This document shows, one piece after another, positions 1-15,285 of a stretch of 64,000 nucleotides of DNA. This DNA is from Anaeramoeba ignava BMAN (Eukaryota > Protista > Anaeramoebae). How positions within the stretch are numbered: position 1 is the stretch's first letter; the number at the start of each line of letters is the position of its first letter. The stretch spans positions 62,001-126,000 of the forward strand of contig JAPDFW010000067.1 of the NCBI GenBank assembly GCA_028826165.1, in the 5' to 3' direction. The position numbers and the translations under genes are program-made. Below the pieces are notes generated by a model. It saw nothing but the letters and a program-made list of their open reading frames with translations. It was not told the origin of the DNA and searched no databases.

Positions 1-2930
1 TTAAATATAAAAATATTTAATATAATATAAAATAAATATAAATATTTAAATAAAAAAATAATATTTAATATAAAATAAAATATTTAATATAAAAATAAAA
101 TATTTTAATATAAATAAATATATATTTAATATAAATAATATATAATAATATATATATTTATTTAATAATAAATAATATAAAATATTAATATAAATTTATT
201 ATGTATTTTAATACAAAAATAATATATTTAATATAATTAATATATTTAATATAAAATATTTATAATTAAAATATTTAATACAAAATAACATATAATATAT
301 TTTAATATAAATAAATAAAATAATATAAAAAATAATAATATATTTAAACATATAAACTAATATATTTTAATATGGAAAAAATAATATAAATAATATAAAT
401 AAAATTTAAATAATTAATATAAATATTATATTTTAATATAAATAAATAATATAATATATTTAATATAAATAAATTAATATAAATAAACAATGTATAAAAT
501 AATATAAATAAATAAAATAATATTAATATTTAATAAAATAACATAAAATAATATATTTAATATAAAATAATATATTTAATATAAATAATATATTTATTAT
601 AAATAATATTTATAAATAATATAAATAATATATTTAATATAAATAATATATTTAATATAAAATATACAATTTAAATATAAATAATATATTTAATATAAAA
701 ATATATAATTTAAATAATATAAATATAAATATATTTAAATATAAATAAATATTTAATACAAAAAAATAATATATTTAATATAAATAATATATTTAATATA
801 AATAAAAAAATACATTTTAATATAAATAAATTTAAAATAATATATTTAATATATTTTACAAACAAATATCAAACAATATAACAAATATATTTTATTATAA
901 AAAATACAAATATATAAAAATACATAAATAATACAAATAATATAAAATAATGTTTTGAATATATAATAACATGTTTATTATAAAAATACAAAATATGCAA
1001 AATATAAATATAATATTTAATAATGTATAATTACAACAAAATAAACAATATATTAATATAAACAATATAAAATAATATATTTTTAATATATTTAATATAA
1101 AATAATATATTTATTTATATATTTAAATACAAAATAAATAAATATACAATATAAAACAATAACATTTTAATATAAAATAATATATTTAATACAAACAAAT
1201 AAATAATATATTTAATATAAATAATATAAAATTATATTTTTAATATAAATAATATAAATAATTTAATATATATTTAATATAAATAATATATTTAATATAA
1301 TTAACATATTAAAATAATATAAATAAATAAATTGTTTAATATAAATAATATATTTTAATACAAATAATATAAATAATATATACATTTAATATAAATAACA
1401 TATTTTAATACATTCAAAACAAATAAAATATTTAATATAAATAATATATTTAATATATTTTAAATTGATAATAAAAAATAACATAAACAATAAATATAAA
1501 ATATTAATAATATAAATATAATACATTTATATATAATATAACAAATAAATATTTTTAATACAAATAATATATTTATATAAATAATATATTTAATATAAAT
1601 AATATGTTTAAATAAATAAATATAAATATTTAATATAAATAATATAATCATAAATAATATAAACAATAAAATATATGTTTAATATAAATAATATATTTAA
1701 TATGTTTAATAAAAAATAATATAAATATATATCCAATAAAATAATTTATAATATAAACATATAAATATGTTTAATATAAATAATATAAATTAATATATAT
1801 TTAATATATTTAATATAAATAATATATTTTATATATAAACAAATATATTTTAAAGCAAATAATAATATATTTAATATAAAATAAATAATATAAATAATAT
1901 AATTAATATGTTTATAAATAATATAAAATAATATAAACAATACATAACAAAACAATATATTGCCATGTATATTTAATAAAAACAATATTATAAATAATAT
2001 ATTTAATATAAATGGAAATATTTTAATACAAACAATGCAAAATAATATAAAATAATATAAATAATATTTTATTACAAATAATATAAATAATATATTTAAT
2101 ATGTATAAAATATTATATAAATAATATAAATATTATAAATAATATAATTAAATAAATAAAAAGTATAAATAATATAAATAATACAAACAATATAATATAA
2201 TATATTTAATAATATAAATAATATATTTAATAAAACAAAAACATTATATTAATATATAAAAATAATATAATTTAATATAAAAAATAAATAATAAATATTT
2301 AATTATTTAATATAAATATAAACAATACATATATAATTTAATATATTTAATATATTTAATATAAATAATATAAAACAATATATTTTAATAAATAATATAT
2401 TTAATATTTAAATAATATATATTTATATATTTAATATAAAATGTAATGTAAATAATATAAACAATATAAAATAATATATTTAATATAAAATAATATAAAC
2501 AATATATTTAATATATTTAATATGTTTAATATATTTAATATAAATAACATAAATTTAATATACAATATAATTATAATATAAACAAAATAATAATATAAAA
2601 ACAATATATAAATAATATAAATAATATATTTAATATAAAATAAAATAAATAATAATAAATTTAATATATTTAATATAAATAATATAAATAATATATTTAA
2701 TGTAAATAATATATAAATAATATATTTAAATATATTTAATATAAATAATATATTTAATATAAATAATATGTTTAATATAAATAATATATTTTTAATATAT
2801 TTAATATAAACAATATATTTAATATATTTAATATAAATTAATATATTTAATATATTTAATATAAATAATATATTTAATATATTTAATATAAATAATATAA
2901 ATATATTTAATATTTAATATATTTAATATA
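1..2930. repeat. Near-pure AT satellite (9/18-bp based, AATATAAAT/AATATATTT); intron 1 of the left-arm PheRS-beta copy
   Basis: Repeat visible directly; reverse-complement counterpart of 28,170-31,035; ends at acceptor AAAAG|ATTATTGAA (2951/2952). Confidence 0.9.
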
Positions 2931-2951
2931 TTTTTTATTTTGATATAAAAG

Positions 2952-5900
2952 ATTATTGAAAACCAAGATGGAAATGATGTTACAATTTATAAAATTGATG
3001 TACCAGCAAATAGGTTAATATTTTATTTTTCAGAAAAAAATATTCGTTTTATCTAGAAATTAATAATTAAAATTTGATTTAATAATACAAAGATATGATT
3101 TATTATGTTTAGAAGGATTATCACAAGCACTTAATTGCTTTCTTCAAAGAAAAAGAAATCTCCACATTTCATAAAAAAGCCAAAACTATCAGAAAATCAT
3201 GTTATAACAGTCAAAGAAGAAGTAAAATTAAATTAAAATTGAATTCAAAAATAATTCAAATTAAAATTAAATTCAAAAATAGACAAAACAAATTAGACCA
3301 TTCATTGTTTCTGCAGTTCTTAAAAATATTGTCTTCAATGAAGATAGATTCCAAAGTTTTATTGATTTACAAGATAAATTACATCAAAACATCTGCAGAA
3401 GAAGAACATTAGTAGCGATTGGAACACACGATTTAGATACATTAACACCACCATTCACTTATGAAGCATTAAAACCAGAAGATATTAAATTCATTCCGTT
3501 AAATCAAACAAAGGAAATGAACGCAAATGAATTAATGGAATTTTATGAAAATGATCTTAAACTCAAACATTTTCTTCATATAATTAGAGATTCACCTGTT
3601 TATCCAGTTATTTATGATTCAAAAAGAGTTGTTTTATCTCTACCTCCAATTATAAATGGTGATCATTCCAAAATTACTTTAAATACAAAAAATGTTTTTA
3701 TTGAATGCACTGCAACTGATATTACAAAAGCTAAGATTGTTCTTGATACAATAATTGCTATGTTTTCTCAATATTGCGAAGAACCATTCAGGTATTTATT
3801 TCAAAATTTATTTCAAAATTTGTTTATAAATTGATTTCAAAATTTATTTCAAAATTTATATAAAAATTTATTTCAAAATTTATTTCAAAATTTATATAAA
3901 AATTTATTTTAAAATTTATTTCAAAATTTATATAAAAATTTATTTCAAAATTTATTTTAAAATTTATTTATAAATTTATTTTAAAATTTATTTTAAAATT
4001 TATTTAAAAATTTATTTAAAAATTTATTTATAATTTATTTAAAATTTATTTTAAAATTTATTTCAAAAATTTATTTCAAAATTTTATTTTAAAATTTATT
4101 TATAAATTTATTTCAAAAATTTATTTCTAAAATTTATTTATAAATTTATTTAAAATTTATTTAAAATTTATTTATAAATTTATATAAAAATTTATTTAAA
4201 ATTTTTATTTCAAAAATTTATTTTAAAAATTTATTCAAATATTTATTTAAAAATTTATTTAAAAATTTATTTCAAAATCGGATAAAAATTTATTTTTAAA
4301 ATTTATTTATGAATTTATTTCAAAATTTATTTCAAAATTTATTTTAAAATTTATTTAAATTTTTATTTATAAATTTATTTAAAATTTATTTTAAAATTTA
4401 TTTAAAAATTTATTTAAAAATTTATTTAAAAATTTATTTATAAATTTATTTATAAATTTATTTAAAAATTTATTTCAATTTATTTAAAAATTTATTTAAA
4501 ATTTATTTAAAAATTTATTTAAAATTTATTTAAAAATTTATTTCAAAATCGGATAAAATTTATATAAAAATTTATTTAAAAATTTATTTCAAAATTTATT
4601 TAAAAATTTATTTAAAAATTTATTTAAAATTTATTTTCAATATTTATTTAAAAATTTATTTAAAAATTTATTTATAAATTTATTTTCAAAATTTATTTAT
4701 AAATTTATTTCAAAATTTATTTTCAAAATTTATTTCAAAATCTATTTATAAATTTATTTTAAAAATTTATTTATAAATTTATTTAAAAATTTATTTATAA
4801 ATTTATTTAAAAATTTATTTATAATTTATTTAAAAATTTATTTATAAATTTATTTAAAATTTATTTATAAATTTATTTAAAATTTATTTATAAATTTATT
4901 TAAAAATTTATTTAAAAATTTTATTTAAAAATTTATTTAAAAATTTATTTAAAATTTATTTATAAATCGGATAAAAATTTATTTAAAATTTATTTAAAAA
5001 TTTTATTTAAAATTTATTTATAAATTTATTTCAAAATTTATTTCAAAAATTTATTTAAAAATTTATTTTTAAAATTTATTTATAAATTTATTTCAAAATC
5101 GGATAAAAATTTATTTTAAAATTTATTTATGAATTTATTTCAAATTTATTTCAAAATTTATTTTTAAAATTTATTTAAAAATTTATTTATAAATTTATTT
5201 AAAATTTATTTTAAAATTTATTTAAAAATTTATTTTAAAAATTTATTTTAAAAATTTATTTATAAATTTTATTTATAAATTTATTTAAAAATTTCAATTT
5301 CAATATTTATTTAAAATTTATTTAAAAATTTTATTTTAAAATTTATTTAAAAATTTATTTAAAAATTTAAAATTTATTTAAAAATTTATTTTAAAAATCG
5401 GATAAAAATTTATATAAAATTTATTTAAAAATTTATTTAAAATTTATTTAAAAATTTATTTTTAATATTTATTTTAAAATTTATTTAAAAATTTATTTAT
5501 AATTTATTTCAAAATTTATTTATAAATTTATTTCAAAATTTATTTCAAAATTTATTTCAAAATCTATTTATAAAATTTATTTAAAATTTTATTTATAAAT
5601 TTATTTAAAATTTATTTAAAATTTATTTATAAATTTATTTATAAATTTATTTAAAAATTTATTTATAAATTTATTTAAAAATTTATTTATAAATTTATTT
5701 AAAAATTTATTTAAAATTTTATTTAAAATTTATTTAAAAATTTATTTAAAAAATTATTTATAAATCGGATAAAAATTTATTTAAAAATTTATTTCAAAAA
5801 TTTATTTAAAAATTTATTTCAAAATTTATTTAAAATTTATTTTAAAATTTATTTATAAATTTATTTCAAAATTGATAAAATTTATTTTTAAAATTTATTT

Positions 5901-7170
5901 TCAAAATTTATTTTAAAATTTATTTTATAAAATTTATTTCAAAATTTATTTATAAATTTATTTTTAAAAATGAATATAAAAATTTAGTGCTCATTCAGTT
6001 GAAGTTATTCATTCAGACGGCATTACTAAAACAACTTTCCCCAGAACTCCAATACAGAGAAGTTCCAATTAAAATTTCTTTATATTAACAAAGTTTTGGA
6101 GTTAAATTAACTGCAGACCAAATCTCAACACTTTTTAGAAAAATGATGTTTAGAAGAAAAAAAAGAAAAAGAAAAACAATCCAAAAACAAGACACTGAAT
6201 CACGAACTAAATCTATCATTGTCCCAAACCAACTCGTTCAGATATCCTTCATCCTTGGGTGGATATCGCAGAAGAGGGTAGCTATCAGCTTATGGATACA
6301 ACAATATCGTTCCAACAACCCCAAAATCAAACACTATCGCAACTCAACAACCTCTTAATCATCTTACTGAACTCCCTAGAATTGGTTTCAATGTGGATTT
6401 CAATTGAAGTTTTGAATTTTGCCCTTTCTTCACATCAAGACTGCTTCTTCGAAAATATGAGAATGGAAGATGATGAAAAACAGCTTTGTGTCATTCAAAA
6501 TCCAAAAACAACTGATTTTCAAGTATTTTTTCAAAAACCACAAACAAAACAATTTTCATAATTTATCTAAATTTTCTTTTTCTTTTCATTTAGATTCAAG
6601 AATCTCTTTAATTCCTGGTTTACTCAAACTTATACCTTCAAGAGATGTCAAATTACCAATTAAACTTTTCGAAATTTCCGAAAATTGTTGTTTTAGATGA
6701 AAAAGAAATCGGCAAAAACATTCGTAAATTGGCCGTTTCTATGTTGACAGCAATAGGTCCGGATTTGAAGTAATTAAACTCAATTCAATTTTTATTTTCA
6801 ATTTTTCAAATTATTAATTTTATTATTTTTCCTTTTTAAGTCAATTCATGGTTTTTAGATAGAGTAATGCAAGTTTTAGGAATCAAATGGGATTCTACCT
6901 CAAAAGACCCAAATGCTTATTATCTTAAAGAAACTATTCGTAAAACAAATTTTTCAATTTAAACTAATTATTCCTCTTTTTCTTATTTTATTCTTTTGTT
7001 TTGTTTTTGTTTTTGTTTAGATCCAAGTTTCTTTGAAAAAGATTAAATTTATCATGGAAAAACAGAAATAGGAATTATTGGAATTGTTCATCCACTTGTT
7101 TTGAAAATTTTCAATTTTTAATCCCTGTTCAGCGATTGAAATTGATATAACATTTCCTCCTCAAAAATAG
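2952..7170 (+). pseudogene. FARSB: Frameshifted second copy of PheRS beta subunit (exons 2-8); pseudogene or poorly polished duplicate
   Basis: Exons mirror 23,914-28,155; e.g. ORF 3517-3834 [28 protein letters not shown]; extra AA at ~3150 and many indels from 6000 onward. Confidence 0.8.
3800..5970. repeat. ~12-bp AAAATTTATTT(A/C/T) satellite in intron 4 of the left PheRS-beta copy
   Basis: Repeat visible; interspersed AAATCGGATAAAA variants mirror those of 25,140-27,310. Confidence 0.9.
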
Positions 7171-7287
7171 AAAAATAATAATCAGAATTTTTCTTTCTTT
7201 TTCTTTTCTTTTTACATTTTCATTTTCTTTTCCATTCAAAAATTTTTCAATAAAAATAAAAAACAACTAAAAATTTTGTTTTCTAAA

Positions 7288-10200
7288 TTAATCTTTTCTT
7301 TTTGTAATTTTAAATTATCTTTAAATTATAAGTTGATTAATATTTTCTTGTATTCACTTTAATCAAATCTATTAGCTCCTTTCTTTTTATGAAGAATTTT
7401 AGTCGATCCCATTTTTCTAAATCCTTTTTTTCTGCATTCATTTTAGCCAGAATACCCCATTTTCTAACTCATTCGCTTTCTTTCATTTACACTTGCCTTT
7501 CAACATCTTCAAGTGAAATTTGTTTTCCAAATTTTGAGAGTTGCAATTTCTTTTTAATTTCTTTGTTTTCATTTCACAATCAATTTTTCTGAATAAACTC
7601 TTTTCATTTCAGAATATTTTTCTCACTTCATTGAACCCAATAAAAATTTTGATTCCTCCTTTTGTAAATTTTGATAATTTGTTTTTGAATTTGGAAAATT
7701 TCTTCTTGAATAAAACCCACTTTCGGCGAAACCATCTCCTTCAAAAATATTCCAAAGGATTGAACTAGAGTCTTTGATTTGGCTTGATTTAATTGCAAAA
7801 GAAAATGAAACATTGTTTGTTTTCTGTTTTTCAGCTGCAGTTGTTGATATTCTTGTTCAATTTTTGTGATAATTTTCGTTAAAAAGATAATTTCTGCATT
7901 TGATTTTGCTTTTCTTTCTCAAAAATCCATTTGATGCTGCATTTTTTCATTTCTTCTACACAATCCAACTCTTTTTTCGTTCCAAAATGTAATTAAAAGT
8001 TCGATTTCACATCCTTCTGATGATCCTTGAGTTTACATTGAAAATTCATTTTAATTTCAAAATCGGAATATTTTTATCTGAAAAAGAATCACTACCGATT
8101 CCATAAAGATATTTTCTTTCATTTTCATCTTTCACTTTTTATTTGATTTTTCTTTTATTTTTTGTAGATTCTTGTTAAATCCATGAAACATTCATCATTT
8201 TTCATGAACTTTTTGAACTTTGTTTCCTCAATTTTTGTTTTTCATGAATAGTTTTTCTTCAACTTTTCCCTTCTAAATAATCACCATCTTCTTCTATCCC
8301 TTTTTTTTTTGTTTCTTCGAGTTTTTTTGGTTTCCTGATCAACATTTTCCATTTCTCTTTCGGTAAGAATCAATTTTTCTTTTTCCTTTTTCAAATCCTT
8401 TTGCATTTTTCAATAACTGCTTCGCTAATCTGTTCTTCAAGTTTGATTTTTCTACCAATTCTTCCAAATTTTTCAACATCTTCAAGACTTTTCTTGATTC
8501 TTTTCACACATTTCAATTTTCTTTCAAATCGTTTTTGCATTTTTCAATTCCAAAATTTGTTTGATTTCTCATTTCTATTTCCTCATTAAGTCGTCCCTTT
8601 TGCCTTTTAAATTGCGGGAACGAGCATTTTCATGCCTTTTCCAAATGATTGATTTGTTTATTTTTGAGTTGAAATCTTGAATTTTGTTGTTGAATAATTT
8701 CTTCAATTTACAATTTTTAGAATACTTATTGATTTGTTTTTCTTTTTCGATAATTATTTTGAGGAAAATTAGATCCTTCAGTTTTAAATCGAAAAACTCA
8801 GCACCAATATCTTTCTCAGCAGCCAAAATAGCTTTTTGGATAGGTTTTAAAAGATTTCTTGGTTTCTTCATTAAATTTTCCCCAAAATTTCATAAACTTG
8901 TGGCTCACATTCTCTGCGCGTGCAATTATTTTTAGATTCTTCCAGTCAGAATATTTGTTGTACCAAATGGACAAAATTGTTTTGAGGCTGTATTTCTAAT
9001 TCAGAAAGATAAGATCCAATTTCCACTCTTTTCTAATTTGATTTTAGGAAAATTTAATCCACTTAAATTTCTTTTTGAATATTCTCTACTTGTGTTTTAT
9101 TTATTATTTTATTTTCATCGCTTTCATTTGTGCTTATAAATCTTTTCCTCATTTGCTTTCTTCCGATTTTGTTAAAAGGAAATGATTGAATTTTCTTTTT
9201 ATCCTTTGATCAAAATTTCATCTTTTTTATACTGATATTCGCGTCAATAAAATTCTCAAAAAGTTTGAATTTTTGGAAATCATCCAGATCTGATTCCAAA
9301 AATATTCACAACTTTTTATTTGTTTCTGCTCTTTCTAACCTATCCCAAGTTTTGAATTCCAAAATGAATAATGTTGATCAACTATTAGCCCTTCTTCCAT
9401 CTTGTTTTTGAAGTTATCCAAAGTTCCAATTTATTTATTTATTTTGATTTTTGAGCTCTTTCTTTCTGATTCTTTTTGCTTGCCTGCTTCTGCTCAAGAT
9501 TTTGTTGATACTTAAATTAAGCTTTTCATCTTCAAGACTACAACCAGAAGAAGATCTTCAACTTCACAATCACTATTTTGTGGAAACCAAATTTGTTTTG
9601 TTCCCAAACATATCCATCTTCTTTCAAATCACACAATAACTGCTCCATCTTCTTCCAAAAATATCAAAAACAACCAAAATCTTCCTGGCATGGATAGTCA
9701 TCTTTTACAAATTCATCCTTCTTTTCTTGATAAAATTATCGTTTCTAACAATCCACTCATCCATTTTAACAATAAATGATTTGCTTTCTTCCAAATTTAA
9801 ATCTATTTTTCATCATTTTCTTCACATCCATAATTTGATTAACTTTTGAATGATATCTCAGCACTATTTTTGGTGTCATTGTTTAAAAAATAGATAGATA
9901 TTTCTGATAAAGCAATCATTCCTAAAAGTTCCATCTTTTCAAAATTGATTGATATTCCGAAAAACAAAAGTGAATTTTCATCTTCACAAAAACTCAAACA
10001 AAAATCTTTCCTGATTCAAATTAATTGAGTAGTGAGAAAGGAAGTGAGGGTTGAAAACACTTATTAATTCTGAAATTTTCAGAGCTCAATTTGAGTATTC
10101 TCACAACTCCATCCACAAAAATCCACTCACAATCACTGTTCCATAATTATCATCTTCATTTCCAGAAAAACTTCAAAAAGATGACATTGAATCTAGTTTG

Positions 10201-10681
10201 TCTTGAATAAATGATCTTTTTGCTTTTTGTAAATTGAAAGTAATCTAAATGTGTTTTGATTATCAGAAAGAACACAAATAGGATTTTTGGATGAAATAGA
10301 TGATTGTGTTTTTCCTCCTTGAAAAGTAAGTATAATATGTTTTTAACATTTTTCTTCCGTTTCTTTGATTTGACTCAATTCCAGAAATTTTCCATAAATA
10401 TCCTGAATCATCTTGAACACCAATTTTCTTTTCCCATTTTTTCATGTTGCTAATGCAGCTCTTCAAGAAAAGACGAATTTCCTTGAGGCAAAAAATCATT
10501 CGGACAATCTTGAAATCTTCCATTTTCCATTCTAATCACCCCCATCTTTTTCCAGGAAGAAAAAATTTCTTTTCTTTCTCTAAATCTGAATAATCGATTT
10601 CCTTTGAATGGCAAGAAAAAGTGCTCCTTTTCCATTTGAAATTCCCGGTCAAGCCAAAAAGATCCTCTGTCAGTTCCTGAC
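7288..10681 (-). pseudogene. CFAP44: 5'-truncated, indel-riddled copy of CFAP44
   Basis: Reverse complement of 20,277-23,796; fragments such as MKKPRNLLKP and DDSGYLWKISGIES; starts abruptly at LSGTDRGSF. Confidence 0.85.
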
Positions 10682-13600
10682 AGAAGAAAGAAGAATGAAA
10701 GAAGAAGAAATTGGTGGATTTTCAAGACATTGTGTTTTATCTTCATTTGGATGAGTTCCTGGTTCACAATATTCACAATAACTTTTTCCAATAAATGGAT
10801 TAAATTTTCCATCTTCACATTCAATGCAACATTCTTCACTTGTTTGTGTTGTTTTTGGATTATATGTTCCTGCTGGACATCCAATACATTCTCCTGATCC
10901 TTCACTTGAATAATATCCTGATGAACATGAAATACATCCTGTATGATTTTCATTTGAATAATATCCTGCTGAACATGGAATACATTCTTTTGAATAGTTA
11001 AATGAATAATATCCTGATGAACATAAACAACATTCTGTGTGATTTTCATTTGAATATGTTCCTGCTAAACAAGGAATACATTCATTTTTTTGTTTCAATG
11101 AATAATATCCATCTAAACAATCTAAACATTCTGTATGTTCTGGATTTGAAAATGTTCCTGCTGAACATCCAATACATTCTTCTGATCCTTCACTTGAATA
11201 ATATCCTGATGAACATAAAATACATTCTCCACTATTTTCATTTGAATAATATCCTGCTGAGCAATTTATACATTCTGTATGATTTTCATTTGAAAATGTT
11301 CCTGCTGAACATCCAATACATTCTCCTGATCCTTCACTTGAATAATATCCTGATGAACATGAAATACATCCTGTATGATTTTCATTTGAATAATATCCTG
11401 CTGAACAATTTATACATTCTGTGTGATTTTCATTTGAATAACTTCCATTATAACATGAAATACATTCACTTTTATTTTCATTTGAAATAGTTCCTTCAAA
11501 ACATTCTAAACAATATTTCCATCCTTCATTTGAATAATATCCTGATAAACATGGAATACATGATTCACTTGAATTTTGTCCTGTTTTGTTATTGAATGTT
11601 CCTGATAAACATTTAGAACATGAACTTGAACCATTTTGTTCTGAATATTCTCCATAATTACATTCTAAACATTCACTGCTTCCTCCTGTTGAATATGTAC
11701 CAGCTAAACATTCAATACATTCACTCCAACTTATTCCTGAATATCCTGCTTGGCAATTTTTTATTCTAATTAAAATACAATCTTGATTTCCTCCACTTTC
11801 TTCTTGATAACTTCCATTTGTTGTAATTAATGAATTTATTGAATATCCAGTTATTATTGGATTGTTTTCTTCATCAACATATATTTGATTAATAATTCCT
11901 CCAATACTTACATTTCCCAAATTTTCTTTTCCAAATTTATCAAAAATTACAAAAAATCCTCCTATTCCAAAATTATAGATTACATTTTCTAAATCAGGTA
12001 ACGTTCCACTTCCTGAAATTATAATTCTTTCTAATGTATCAATTTTTAATGAATTTATTTCAAAAATTTGTGTTGGATCTGGAGAAAAGAATGATGAGTA
12101 AAGTAAACTATTTCCATATTCATTAATTCTAAAAAATATTCCATTTATGAATCCACTTGATTCTTTTTGATATGCATCAGGTGTAGTTGGGAAATAAAAT
12201 GAACTTGTTTCACCTCCAACCCAAATTGTATTATTAGTTTTATCAATATCAATTGAATAACAATAATCATTTGAAGTACCTCCAAGAAATGTTGACCATT
12301 CAATTTCTAAATTGTTTGAATTAATTTTCATTATAAAACAATTTGAATATGAAGTACTTCCTGAAAAAATTGGTTGAATTACTGTTGAATTTGTTGGAAA
12401 ATCTTGTGATGTTGTATATCCAGTAATTGCTATATATTCTTTTTCTTCATAATATTTAAGACTCATTGGAATATCATCATAAATTCCTCCAAAACATCTT
12501 GTTTCAATTAATTCTTCTCCATTATTTTTTAATTCACAAATAAATCCATCATAAAAACCTTTGAAATCACATTTTGTTTGATTTTCTTCAGGAAAATAAC
12601 CATTTGTTTGACCAATAATAAATATATTATCATTTGAATCAATTTCAATTCCATTTGAATGAACAGCACTTTCACCACATAATAAAGTAGACCAAATAAT
12701 TGATTCTCCACTTGAATTAAATTTAGTAACGAATCCTGATTCTTGTTGACTTATACATTCTTTTTTATATGCATTTATTGATGTTGGGAAAATATCTTCA
12801 TCACTTGCATTATTTTTGAATGATTTTTCAGTATAACCAGTAATTATTGGATTTCCTTGTGAATCTAATTGGATATCAGATGGATATTCATTTAAACTTG
12901 TTCCAAATACAATAGACCATTCAGTTTCATTTCCAAATTCATTCATTTTCAAAAGAAAAATATCAAAATTTCCTTGAATATTTGTTGATTGATTATAAGA
13001 ACCATCAGTTATTGGGAAATCAATACTATTTGTATATCCTGTAATAATTGATTTTCCATTTAAATAACTTATTGCTTTTATTCCAATATCTGATGATGAT
13101 TTTCCAATATAAGTTGAATATTCTGGATCAATTATTAATATTTCTTTTGGATTTATTTCATCAAAATTAATTTGATATTTGATTTCAAATTGATTTGAAT
13201 TGTTTGATTTATGAATATCAAAATTTGCAAATGAATGAATATTTTTTTGATAAAATATTGGTTGAGATTCAATCAAAATTATTTCATTTCTTTCATTTTT
13301 AAGATACATTTCTCCATTTTTAACTTCAATTTTAAATTCTTTTTCTTTTTTTATCTTTTCATTTTGATTTTGAATTTGATTTTGATTTTGATTTTGATTT
13401 TGATTTTGATTTTGATTTTGATTTTGATTTTGATTTTGAATTTGATTTTGATTTTGATTTTGAATTTGAATTTGATTTTGATTTTGATTTTGATTTTGAT
13501 TTTGATTTTGATTTTGAATTTGAATTTGAATTTGATTTTGATTTTGATTTTGATTTTGAATTTGATTTTGATTTTGATTTTGATTTTGATTTTGATTTTG

Positions 13601-14552
13601 ATTTTGAATTGAGTTGGATGTTGATTTTGATGTTGATTTTGATGTTGATGTTGATGTTGATGTTGATGTTGATGTTGATGATGTTGATTTTGATTTTGAG
13701 AAAAATGAATAATTCCAAATGATATTTCGAAAATCAAATGGATTTTTGATAACAAATTTACTTTTTAAATTATTTGAATTTGAAATGAAGAAATGAAGAT
13801 CAATATTTGGATAAACATTTGAATAAATAATTTCTGAATAAGTTTGTAATCCAGTTTGATAGTTTTGATTATTTATTCCTTTGAAAATATTTGCTTTTGT
13901 TGAAGAAATATTAAAAGATTTTAAATTTTGTAAAGAAGAATTTTGAAGATTCATTTCAATAATTCCATTATTCATATCAAATATAATTTTTTGATTTGTA
14001 AAAAAAACATTTCCTCTTCCAAACATAATTGCTTGATATTTTATTTCTTTTGGTAAATTTCCTTCATTTTGAATTATTATTGTTGATAATTCTTTTTTAT
14101 TTTTTTGATTTTCTAATTTTTGAGAATGATTTGATGATTGAATTTGTTTTAATTTTCTTTAATTTAATCAAAAAAAAAAAAATGAAAATTAATAAAATTG
14201 AAAAAAATTAAAATCAAAATCAAATTTGAACAAATTCTTACAAATTAAATGAATCAAATGAATTAAATGAATTAAATGAATTAAATGAAGAATTAAATGA
14301 ATTAAATGAATTAAATGAAGAATTAAATGAATTAAATGAATCAAATGAATTAAATGAATTAAATGAATTAAATGAAGAATTAAATGAATTAAATGAATTA
14401 AATGAAGAATTAAATGAATCAAATGAATTAAATGAATCAAATGAAGAATGAAAGAAAGATAAATTCCAAAAAATATTCAAAATGAAAAATAAGAAGAATA
14501 AATTGTTAAAATTAAAAAGATCAAATAAAGATTTAAATTGAGATTTGTTCAT
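10670..14552 (-). CDS. Secreted/surface protein, ~1265 aa: signal-like N-terminus, (SFN)n repeat, SBBP-type beta-propeller, Cys-rich CxxCxxGxYS repeats; C-terminal hydrophobic tail truncated. Exons 14,552-14,242 and 14,156-10,670
   Basis: 1118-aa ORF plus 104-aa upstream ORF joined in frame by an 85-bp GTAAG...AAAG intron; IIDPEYSTYIG and ITGYTxSxDFP motifs; Cys-rich repeats. Confidence 0.85.
14244..14450 (-). repeat. Coding 9-bp TCATTT(A/G)AT repeat (SFN/SFD), ~68 aa
   Basis: Visible tandem repeat inside exon 1. Confidence 0.9.
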
Positions 14553-15285
14553 TTTTAAAAAAAAATTGAGAATAACTTTTCCTAAAAAATAGAAAAGAAA
14601 TTAAATTCCAAAATAGAAAAGAAAAAGAAATAAAAAAGAGAAAAAATAAATTTTTTTTTCTTTTAAAAGAAATATTTTATTATTTTATTGATCAAAATGA
14701 TCAGAAGAAAAAAATAGTTTTTAGTTTAAAATAGATTGTTTGTTTGATTATTTGATAATTTCTTTTTCTTCATTTTAATTCATTTCCAATTATTATTATT
14801 TTTATTATTTTTGAATTTTGATTTGGAATTAAACTTTTTTATTAGGAAATCCAACTGGAAGCAAAAAAAAAATGGATCAAATGATCTTTTTAAAATTTAA
14901 TTTGATTTTTTATTTTGATTATTTTATTTTTAATTTTTTTTTAATCAGAAAAATGGATCAAATGATCTTTTTATTTTTTTTTTTGGAATTATTGATTTTT
15001 TTTTTTTGGAATTATTGATTTTTTTTTTGATCTTGTTCAAAATTCAAATTTAAAAAATAAATTTAAAAAATAAATTTAAAAATAGATTTAAAAAATAGAT
15101 TTAAAAATAGATTTAAAAAATAAATTTAAAAAGATCGTTAAAGATTTTTTTTGTGATCAAATTATCAATAAAATAATAAAATATTTCTTTTAAAAGAAAA
15201 AAAAATTTTTATTATTTTTCATTTCTCTCTTTTATTTCTTTCCTTTCTATTTTATAGGAAAAGTTATTCTCAATTTTTTTTAAAA
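14553..15285. promoter_or_regulatory. Divergent promoter region between the two surface-protein paralogs; central ~430 bp unique
   Basis: Head-to-head ATGs at 14,552 and 15,286; short direct repeats ATGGATCAAATGATCTTTT x2, GGAATTATTGATTTT x2 and (A/G)ATTTAAAAAATA x~6. Confidence 0.6.

Larger units (their letters stand above)
1..14710. repeat. Left arm of a large inverted duplication (partner ~15,145-31,000)
   Basis: PheRS-beta exons and introns, CFAP44, and the SBBP gene with its promoter-proximal DNA all occur here as reverse complements of the right arm, in mirrored order. Confidence 0.92.
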
